Made by a program: the position numbers and the translations under genes. Below the pieces are notes generated by a model that made no database searches, was not told where the DNA came from, and saw only the letters and a list, made by a program, of their open reading frames with translations. DNA of 64,000 nt from NCBI GenBank assembly GCA_964057225.1, contig OZ059894.1, positions 13,888,001 to 13,952,000 on the forward strand, read 5' to 3'. This DNA is from Auanema rhodensis. Its lineage: Eukaryota; Animalia; Nematoda. Shown one piece after another: positions 26,731 through 37,716 of this stretch. Numbering within the stretch: the stretch's first letter is position 1; the number at the start of each line of letters is the position of its first letter.

Positions 26731-28745
26731 TTAGGCTACGCTTTCTATTTTCTGCTTGTCAGGCTTAGCAACATATTCTGGATATGTTTTCTGTGATTTA
26801 GCCCACCACTGAACTTCGGCAGATCCCCAAAGATTGAAAACAATAAGAGGCAATAAAGCTATGACTGTTGAAATATAGAAAACGGTATTCCATTCCACAG
26901 CTGTTCCTGCCTAGAATTAGAAAAAAAACATAAATAAATCTTGATATGATGCTAAGAAAAACCTGTACAATCCATTTGGTGATTAGAGGATTGACGATTC
27001 CGGAACAAGCGACGAAGAAAAACGCGAAGCCGGTTATAGCTCCAGAATAGGCAGGAGCCAATGAGACGAGAGCTGTCTGACAACCAGGTGTATGAAGACC
27101 TATAATAGATTAACGGATTAAAACCATAAGTATTTATATTTTCATATATTATATATTATATATTATAGTAAACTAACCAGCTGATGCCATACTAAGACAT
27201 AAGAAGAGAACAGCTAATGGTGCACGAGATGAATCCAATAATGTGGATGTGAAGAGGAAAGCCCCTAATCCGAGTGATGCAAGAGAATTCAAAACCTGAA
27301 GATGATTATTAAGATTGAACTTTGAATCTTCGTAAATGCTCTACCTTGCAGATAGTGCTTCTTTTCCATTTGGTATGACGTTGAAGCCAAGTATTAGCAT
27401 AGCTGCTAGCTAACTTTGATAACCAGAGTGAAGCTGTTGGTAAAGCCGAAAGAATACCGTTCTGAGTTGAAGTATAATGATGAACATCATGAAGATAACT
27501 ATAAGATTATATATAAATATAAAAGAAGAAAATATCATATATTTACCTGGGCAAGAACATAATCATAGTCATTAATGGGAACTCATGACATACAACAGCC
27601 AGTACAGAAGCCCATACAGGTCCTGATGTTATAATACGAAGCCATGGAACCTAAAACAATGATTTCAATATTCAAAGAATATTCTGCAAAAAAATAACAT
27701 ACACGTCTCTCTGTTCGTTTCTTTCCAACATCTTCATTTGAGTTAGCCATAGTAATAAACTTAAGCTCAGCATCAGCAATACAGCTTTGTTTGGATGGTT
27801 TGTCAGCACCTACATAGCTAGATTAGCAAGGAAAACTTCAATTTTGCTTACCAATGACCGAATAAACAATAATAAAGAAAGCTCCTACAATAGCTGATAA
27901 ATAGAAAATGGATGGCCATCCACCGAAGAGAACAGTTTGTGAGCATAATGCTCCTGCAGTTGGAATGATAATAAGGGTTCCTGTAAATTACAAAATGAGC
28001 AAATAATCTAAGTTATAATTTGCCATCATCAGGTTCTGCTTTGTTATTATTTTGAACTAACCAAGTTGTCGGCCACCAGTAGCTAAACCTAACGCATAAC
28101 TACGTTCAGATGTAGGGAACCATCGAGTAATGAGCGAATTGACAGCAGGTTGAAGCAAAGCATCGGCTAAACCGACTAAGAAACGTCCGGCAATAGCAAA
28201 GTAAACACTGAAAATAGAACAATTGAATTAAGAATTTGAATGTTTTCGTCAAAACCTTTTAGGCGCTAACACAGGAATGAACACATTAGCCAATGAAGCA
28301 ATAGTTACACTGGCTACAATCATGTATTTGGCATTAAACTTATCAGCCAAAAATCCTGTTAAAAGCATAAAAAGAAGCCCAAGATTGAACGCTGAGAAGA
28401 TATAACCCTATTTAATACATAAAAATAAATATTTGATCCAGATTCTTTGATATACCTGTTGATCAGCTGTCCAATTAAGTCGAGGTGCTCCTACAGTTTC
28501 AGTCTCGTTATCCATGTATTCGCTTGAGTTAACCATACAAACAATAGCCATTCCCATATTACTATTCATCATATGAACACTAAAATGATAAATTATATGA
28601 TATAGTTTAAAAAAATTGTATATTACCTAGCAAAACATAAGCATAGTAAACTAGCGGTTAGTAATCTCCAACTGGGAAACCATCTGTAAACGATGGGACG
28701 TGTAACGGGTGGAAGACCGTCGGAAACTGGATGAACTACGGACAT
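26731..28745 (-). CDS. SLC17-family (MFS anion/cation symporter, sialin/VGLUT-like) transporter, multi-exon
   Basis: Spliced minus-strand product MSVVHPVSDG...RWFPSWRLLT...NMGMAIVCMVN...GFLADKFNAK...LITRWFPTSERS...GGWPSIFY...VPWLRIITSGPVWA...NGILSALP...LAPAYSG...EWNTVFY...GSAEVQWWA...ESVA*. These are hallmark SLC17 motifs. Confidence 0.93.
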
Positions 28746-28931
28746 CCGTAGTAAATGATCTATAATACATAAATTAAATATTATTAGTAAATTATGTAGT
28801 AATTAAAAAGAATATATGAGTTGTATCATTTGTGAAGATGGACGAAAATCTTGCAAGTCAAACTAGAAGTTGCTCGAAACTTCACGGATTCATTCTGAGC
28901 TACACGTGGTTGGAGCAATACGCCTGAGGTA

Positions 28932-28937
28932 TTTATA
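28932..28937 (-). promoter_or_regulatory. Probable TATA box of the SLC17 gene
   Basis: CTCATATAAA on the minus strand, the same 10-mer as at the asns promoter, ~190 nt upstream of the ATG in a GC-elevated patch. Confidence 0.45.
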
Positions 28938-31900
28938 TGAGCTCATGAGCTCTTATGTTGACTGAGAAAACTAATGAAAGACCAGTCTCTTCGGTAGTCG
29001 TCTTGTGGCAGTCGCATAGATTGCCCGAGGGCAGAACTGTGAGCTGCGCGAGAGAGACCACAACAAGATGATAGAACAGAGAAAAAAAAGAAAGAGCAAG
29101 CTGCAATTCAGTCAACTGGCCACCGATTCTGCTCTGCTAACTCCCATACCTCCAGATTTTCATATTCTCTCTTAAGTTTGAACCTCTTAGAGATAGAGCA
29201 CGAGCATTATAAACCATACTCTAATAGGATGCTGAGAAACAGCAGCAAAACAACACTCAAGTACTATAAACTGAAGTGAGAACTCTTTAAAAGTCAAACG
29301 CAATCTACAAAAAAACATTTAAGAACGAAATCGTTAACTATGTATATAGTTAACTACTAGCTATATTGTGTTTTTCCCATTTTTTGCACAAACTTGTCTT
29401 TCCAAACCCAATACATGTGTGAAAAGATGCTTCTAAAACAATAGGCGTTGGATCATGAATTTCGTTTTTTCTCAGAGCAATAAGCCAAACATCTGCCGGA
29501 CCAGATCGCTAAACGTGTCTTTTGTGCATGTAACATGAAACAGAGCAAGCAATCTTTAGATTCCACATCCAGAAAAAAGTCAAGTGTTCCATTTGACGTC
29601 AAGCTGGATGCTTACACGTCCTTTATTTATTTGTTTGATTATTTGGACGTGTACATTATCCCACATAGTTTTAACTACCAACCAGAACTTAAAACGATCC
29701 AATTGCTTCTAGTTTGATGGCTACGACGGTTAAGACAGTAGCCATAGGACGATAACGAAGATGACGATTGTCTATCCGTTTGTCCGGCTGTCCGTCAGAA
29801 TATGACAATAATCACAACGAAATCAAAAATATTGAGGAAGCTATAATGAAATCCAGATGCAATTGTTGATATGTTGTTTGCACTTTTGGAATGATTTGAC
29901 GGCCGAATGAGTCCATCAATCGCACAGATCATCCAGTTTTCATAGGCATTCGTAAACCGTTTGTAGCTCAAGTAGCATCGTCATCATTGACAGAATCTGA
30001 TTCAAATGACGTATACACAGATCTTTGTTCATCATTGAAGAAATCATTCATTACGTCTATATTGAATAGGATAACATCACTGACTCATCATAATCTCTGT
30101 ATGTGTGCCACGTCACTTCTTCACTTGCCGGAGGCAATTTTAAGATAAAATAAGCACTTCGCTCAAGTTCTATGTCTATATGACTGTGAAAAATGACAGA
30201 AATTTGCAAATCAAAAGATTAAATACAGTAATCTATATATACACGTGAAACATGTTAAAATAAATATTTCATTTTGAAACATATTATACTCTTTCTTTTT
30301 TATTTTTTATTTAAATTAAAAAGTTTTAATTCAAATTTAATTTAAAATATTTTTTTGAATTAAAATTTATAACTTCCAGTAAAAAAAAAATTTAAGATAA
30401 AGATAAAGATAAAGATATATTTTTATCTTAATCTTTAAAATTTAAAATAATTTATAAACAGATGACACATACCTAATTTTTGCAAAACTCCATCTGTATC
30501 CTTACTTTGAGTCAATTTCGTTATTATACCCATTTTATAAATGAATATAATATATTATTGTTTAATAGAACAATAATAATGATGAAAATAATTGAAAATT
30601 AGCAGCAGAAATGAAAGAGAAATTGTCAGTTTGATGCATTTCGTGAGCATCTTTTTCGCTTTAAATATGAAGTCGAGAGCTTAAGCTTACAGTGCAGATT
30701 ACGTAATTACGTGAGAAAAAAGGAAATTCGGTATTAGAAGCTTTAAGGATAAAGAAAAAAGCGAACCGAAATGACGACTTATATTTACCAAACATAGGCA
30801 AATAATACTAAAAAACGTTACATTGTGTTTAATCTAAAGTAAGTTTGTAGTAATCACATAGTTTTAAGTTGTTTAAGCTGGCCATATTCTGAGCATTTTT
30901 CGTTTCTCGCTTCTATGTTCTTCGTATACGCATTCTCGAGCTTTGAATTTTGCCGTTTTTGCGCATTTTACACGTAATTCGGTGTTTAAACTTTACAATT
31001 TACTGCTTTTCATATATGTTTTTCCTTTCTTGTATTTTATCGCTAATGGGTAAATTCAAAAAACGTGCAGCCGAGAAAGGAAATCTTTATATGAGTCATA
31101 GTAAATAATATAAACTCATAGTAATTATTTAAAATAAATTTAATTTTTTTATTAATTAAAAATTATTTTATAAATTTATATAATTAATCTATATTTATTA
31201 TAAATTTAATTATTAATAGATAGTTATTTCTGTTTATTTCTCTGTTAAAATAACCTTTATTAAACAATAACGATCATTTAGATTAACAAAGAAGTGCAAT
31301 AAATCTTTCGAATTTTGCGAAAAATTTTGCATTATTTGAAAAAATATAATTAGTTAATGTACTATTTATATTTATTTAATCTTTTTTATTTAAAAAAAGC
31401 TTATTATATATATGAGAATTACTGAAATTTTTGTAAATATATGTTCAATCAACATCAAAAGAATTTCATTCTGCAAGAATATTATTTATAGAATTCTTTT
31501 ATCTTTTAAAGTTTAAGATGAAACTCTATATACTTTTCAATCTTGTTAATCTACTGATAAACTTCTGTATTTTTGAGAGACAATGATTCTCAACGGCGCC
31601 GAAGTGACTGTAGCTTGTCTTCCCATACCTCATTCCTTAGTTTCTTATTGGTTTCTCGTTCTTTCGAACTCCTTCACTGCTTCTCTTCGATTTACCCTGT
31701 CTCTTAATATTTCTCTCTCTCTCTCTCCCCTTCTCTCTTTCGTTCACTTTTCTAAAGATAGTTCGAACTGTCCTTAGACATTTCATATCATCAACTTAAC
31801 TCATTACTAGTAACGTTACAATCTCAACTTCAATTTTCGAGAAAAAAAAACAAATATTGGCTGAACCTCACAAACTTTTCTTTTTTTTTCTTCAAATCTT

Positions 31901-34900
31901 TAGCAAATTTACTATTTTCTCTTCTTTTTTTTTACATTTCACTTAATTTATATGTAAAAATGACTCATGCATATATGTATTTCTTCAGAATCCACCCACA
32001 TCTTTTCATCTAGTTCTTCTATTCAACAGTTTTCATAATTTTTATGATAACAAGTGGGTTAGTAGGTACTACTTGTGTATACCAATCCACTACAAATTCT
32101 GAGAATACAAAAACTTTCAAAATCTTCAAAAAGTATCATCATACTCCTTCAGATTTCCCTCAATCTCGTTCTCCCTCATTCGCCCCCTCCTTTCACCTCT
32201 TCTCTTTGTTTTTTTTCTCTTCAACTTTCAAAAATTGTCCGGAGATGTCTCCCATGATTGAATTCTTAACTTTTGAATATTCTTATCCATAGCCGTATTT
32301 GACCTTTTCCATATGAAGCGCCGGACTGTCTGAGCAGTGAAGAGCTGAACAAACGAACAAATTCAGAGGAACAAGAAGAGAAGTCGTCCGATCTATCGAT
32401 CAGCTACTGATTTTTCAAAAGCAGAAAGCTGAAGTGTGACAAAGAGGTGAAAAGATAAAAAGAAATAGAGAGAATGTTAAAAAGAGATCAGCAGAGAGAG
32501 AGACGGAGAGAAAGAGAGAGCATGTTAAAGGAACAGAAAAAAGATTTTGTATGTAGAGAGAGAGAAAATGAAAATATGGAGCCCGGAACAGAAGAAATAT
32601 CATCTTACGCCAAGAAGAGCGCATCTATGAAAACCATTTTCTGACCAGTAGATATAATGATTCATCAAATGGAACTTCTTCTCTTATTTCACTTGAAGTT
32701 TGCAAAAAGAAAATCCAAATAGATGATGGTAATCGACTAGTTGTGTTTGGACATAGAGCATCTTTAAATTTCGAAAGCGAAAGCTATAAGATGAGGTCAA
32801 GCTGAGGTTATTCATCATCATTATATACATATCTTTCTTTCTTTTTTGAAAAATTAAACAAAGAATATGATTTTTGACTTCAACCTACTGACGATTGTCT
32901 TATATTTTTCAAAAATGATTTTAAAAAAATAATATAAATTTATTAAAATACTTTCAAATTCTTATATTATTTCTTTTTTTATATTAGAGAACATGATGAA
33001 AACTTTGAAAGTACTAATCTTTATTAGATATTACTAGAAGTCAACTATCTTTCATGGCAAACCCTAACTGCTGCCGATCCCTGCTTAGCTCATCTGCCTG
33101 AATATCTCGGCATCAAACGAACTTTTGTTTCGTTCGTCATCGACCTTCTCCTCCGAAATATTCATTGGACTTCCAAAAAAGTAAATATGTTGAGAAGAAG
33201 CTTGTTTGATTCTCTATTTCATCATCTCCGTTCAGTTTTCGGAGAGAGAAAGACAAAACGATCTGATGAGGAACCAGAGAGATGGACAGAGGAGGAAACA
33301 GGTGGGGTCATCTAATCTATGGTAACAGACAGAGGTCTTCACCATCTCCGGCTTATCCTTTTTTTCTCCAAAAGGAAACATCGGAATTCCGGACCGGTTT
33401 CCGGACAAAACTGCTGGTATTCTGTTTAACAGCAGGAAGAACACCATATATGAAGCTTCTAAAATATATTTGGTGACGTTATCTGATTACCTTCCGATCA
33501 AATGCTGATTCCAGCTTCAGAAGTATTATTTTCAAATTCTCTACTGTATCTACGATTATCACTCTCCCTCCTTTTCAAAATTTCACAATTTGCTGTGATA
33601 GACATGAAATAATTTTGAATTATATATATGATATACATACATAACTATGTTATATCTTACAAAAAATAATATTTTATAAAATAAGAAATGAGAATACATA
33701 TGATATCACAGATATTTACAAAAAAAAACATTGAATTTGGATGATTTGATATTATTCAGTTTAAACTTAAATTAATTTTTAAAACTTGTTTGATAACAAA
33801 AAAAAACATAAAATTTGTTTAGAAAAAAATGTATAATTTGATTGCATAAAATTAATTTTTATAAAATAATTAAAAGACAAATTAAAATAAATTAAACGTT
33901 TAAAAATCTATAATATCAAGATACATAGGTGTGATCTTGCCTACAACATATGAATAACGACTGCTTTGAACATGTCAGTTTTAGATTAGATTTGCTCTTT
34001 TCTCTTTCTCTCTATTTTCTGGATTATGTTGATGTTCACCTCGGTCATCTGGTCGTCGTTGTGACAGCTTCACAGCCACAACATGGTCAGAAAGCTGGAC
34101 CTGTAAGTGTCAGAACAGAACGAGATTCCAATCTGTTTCATACAGCTTGAACCTCAGTTTCACAATACATATGTTTGTATTCTGTTTTATTAAGACAAAA
34201 GGCTTTGAATTACCAATAAGAAATAAAATGAAATATTTGTGAATCAAATGAATCGTTTAAGTTATAGAAAATTCTTAATATTTTAGGGAAAAAAAACGTT
34301 TTGTCTTCACAATATACTTCATTTTTTCTTATAATTTCCCTTTTTTCCAGTTTGTAGACTATATATTTTTTCTTAAAAATAAATCAAGACTACTGAATCC
34401 TGAATTCTGAAGTCTTAGACGAACATAACCTTCAGCTTCATGACCAATTGTCTTTTGTATGTTCTTCTCAAGTTCTAGTCATCTATATCAATCGTCACTG
34501 CCGATGTGCAAGCAATATCAGGTCCAGAAGATTACGATTTGAAAACAAACTTGAATACAAACAAAGTCTTCGGAAACCCAGAAGGCTAATAGCAATGCAT
34601 ACGACGCAATCATTGACACTGTACAGACATTATCGCATCTGAATTTCATTTGGTCATGTTATCAATCATCTATGGTTTGATCCCAATATTCCATATTATT
34701 CAATATTTAAAAGTTGTGTATAGTATGATTGCTTTGGTATTTATTGAAATTAGTCAGCTTGTTATGATATGAATAAACGATGAAATCATCTGAAAACTTG
34801 ACGTCAAAACTGATGACGTGATAGTTTCCTGAGTGTTATGTTTTGGTCTTCAGAATATCATCAGATTTACCATTTAGCTGTCAGATTGTATGCACATAAA

Positions 34901-37317
34901 CGATTGTAGACGTAGTTAACTGTTATGCCAACAGTGATAATTCTTCAGTTTTTCCTGAAGACGTCAGATACCGCAACAAACTAGATTTCTGTGTTACGCA
35001 GTCAATCGAGGTAAGACTCGGACTGTTTTCAATTGACATTGACTTGAAAAACCGGGAGAAAACAAAACAAAGCCAAAAACAACTAGAAGACTTTTCGCCC
35101 AACACAATTCAACGATATTCTTGATTACAAAAACAACATTTATATTGGAAATTGAAGGACTTTTGTGACATCAATTGGACTATTTTCATACTAATATGTA
35201 GTAAAAATAGTCAAAAAAGACAAAATAATAGAATGAGATAAGTATTTTTATAAATAATTTTCTATTTTCTTATATTTTTCTGTCGTCAGCAAATTTCTTA
35301 CTCATTTACAAGACGAAAAATTCTTTGATGTAGAGTGACAAACGAAAAAAACTGAAATTCCGTTCAAGATGTCAGATTGAGCTCGTGCAGTTCCTCTTAA
35401 GTTCTCTGTTTTACCAAAGTTTTTCATTCTCATCTTCCTGTCTGCTCTCAAACTGTTGCCAGATATGATCTCTGCTCTCGATGAACTTCTACCTCTAATC
35501 TATCTCAAATTTCTTAAATTTATATTGAGAGTCTAGACAAAGAAAAAATAGAAAAATGAAAAGAAGCTTTGCTCGCAGTTTTGCAATTTGAAGAGTAGTA
35601 AACCCCATCTTCTTTGCTTCCAATTAAATGCTTATTTCATAATCTTGAAAATTTTGAATGCGAACTTCCTCCCAGATCCTGAACTTGAATGCACTATATG
35701 CCAGCAGCTTGGCCAGCTTGGCAAACCGGACGTGGTTATAATCTATAGTGAGTGAGCACAACTGACCAACACCATATCATCTTCCGGAGCATTTTAAAGA
35801 TTCCGCAAGAAAAAACCGGTTAGCTTAGGGAACGAGCTTCTATTGAGCTTATTATGCCTAAGGGCATCAAGCAAGAACAATTAATTCACGCCACATATTT
35901 TTATCTCTCTTCAAATATCATACAGTCCAAGGAACTTCTTCAGCTTTCAAAACGTGGCGCCGTGAACGTTTCAATCGGCAAGGCGCCGAATCGTCTAGCG
36001 CTCTTGGGAGCTTAGAAGGTCGAGATTACAAAAGAAAAAAGTAATATAAATAGATAAAAATAGTAGTAGAAATATTAAATAAAAGAATAAAATGATATGA
36101 AATAATATGAATAATTCAAATTGACCAATAAAATTTTTTTCAATATGTTTTTTTTTAAAAATAATTTTTTCAAATTAAAATATTGATATGTAAATACTAA
36201 CCTGTATCTCGATCCAACATTTTTAGAGAAAATTAAAAGCTTTTTAGTGATTAATTGAATGTAGTGCTAGATTTTGATTAGAATGTCTTTCTTATCTTGA
36301 AGCAAAGACAAAGCTGCTGGTTCAAGACCGGTGGATATGAAGTACAAGAGGGAAGCAGAAGCCGGAATATCCTTATAAGGATGTGTGGCCGAAACAGCGG
36401 ATGACGAAAGGAGGATTCTTCTTCTATTTCTTGTATTTCTCCTTTTTCTCCTATTTCTTCTTCTTGTCTGCCGATCGGACCAGATGGAGCTGAGCTGTTG
36501 AGAGTTGTTGCTGCTATGTCGTCGTCCTCGTCCTCGTACTCGTCCTAGTCGTTGTCATCCTCAGTCCCGCCCCACCCGACCCCTGACCTGTATGTCTCTC
36601 TGTCTATCTGTGTGTTCATCTTCATTCATATCACTCTCTATCACCATACTCTCTAGCTTCCATCTCTTGATTTGGCTTCAACTATTTCACTGCGCTGATT
36701 GTATCCTACTCTCTCTCTGATTATCACCAGCAGTTGCTAGACAGTCTGTCTTCTTCGAGGTTATCCGAATCTTTTTCCCGTCAACGAAGTGTCAACGGAT
36801 GCCCCCCTCCGCGTCTACATCGTCATCTCTTCCTGATAACTCTTGACGAGGCCCAGTCTTACGTTTTTCGTGCCGTCCGTATCTCTCACAACTACGTCAA
36901 GCTTCTGCCGACGTCACACCAACGCCTTCATGTTTGTGAGTCATGTGATTCCATGTTACGTAGATTCACATATCAACTTTGAAACCGTTTTTGAAACTCC
37001 TGAACTTCATTTTCACATACTATGTGTGCTATTCTCTTGCCATCTAGGTCTCCGATTTTGATGGCTCTTCATCACACAATTTGCCCTTTTGTAGAAGCGC
37101 CGTAGTTCTCCTCTGCAACAGCTGCTTAGAGCTTCTACGACTCTTTTAGAATCAGCTAGCTATCATCATAAGCATCGTCGACAACGGCGACCAAAACGAT
37201 GACTGTGGCTGGGCGGCGACGGCGCGGACGACGACGAAGACGGCGCCGGCGTCCGTATTTGCGCGCCCAGCAGGTGAAGCTGCTCGAGCTTCTCCCGAAC
37301 CGGTCCATCCGGCCTCA

Positions 37318-37348
37318 TATAAACGGCCAGCACAGCCCCAGCATCAGT
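37318..37348 (+). promoter_or_regulatory. TATA box plus initiator of the asparagine synthetase gene
   Basis: TATAAA at 37318-37323 and TCAGT initiator with its A at 37346 (28 nt downstream), at the 3' edge of a GC-rich island and ~370 nt before the ATG. Confidence 0.65.
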
Positions 37349-37716
37349 CTCTGTTTCTCTTTCTTGAAGCGCTGTGTACTGTCCGTCCGGCCGCTCGTTT
37401 CACTATGGGTCCATCCGTCATGCTGTTCCGTTAAGTTGAATATGACTTTTGAAGCTTCTATAGTTAGATGAGTTGTTTCCATTTGCTAGAATCTAAAGAA
37501 GTAGCAATGCCATTATTATCTTATTATAAAAAATATTATTTTATCTACTAGTTCTTCAAATTTTCATTCAATTTTTGACTAAGATCGAAAGATCAACCTC
37601 ATTTTTCTCGTATTTTCTCAATCTATTTTCATAATTTTTGAAATAATATTTCTTCTATCTCTTTTCACTTTGTTTTATTTAATTGAATTAAAAATTTCAA
37701 TCTTATTAGATAGAAT

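Noticed and set aside
34133-34140. piRNA Ruby motif CTGTTTCA
   Set aside because: Single copy, about what chance predicts; no cluster.
35825-35862. CTTAGG...GCCTAAG inverted telomere-like words as a DNA-elimination or telomere-addition site
   Set aside because: Only single hexamers, no TTAGGC array, and no way to test breakage from sequence alone.
36316-36332. tRNA T-arm/B-box-like GCTGGTTCAAGACCGGT (also GTTCGAA at 14425 and 20257)
   Set aside because: No matching A-box, D-arm, anticodon arm or acceptor stem.
37199-37471. Arg-rich 90-aa protamine-like ORF
   Set aside because: Arises from GAC/GGC repeats in the promoter GC island and runs through the TATA/Inr; no independent coding evidence.
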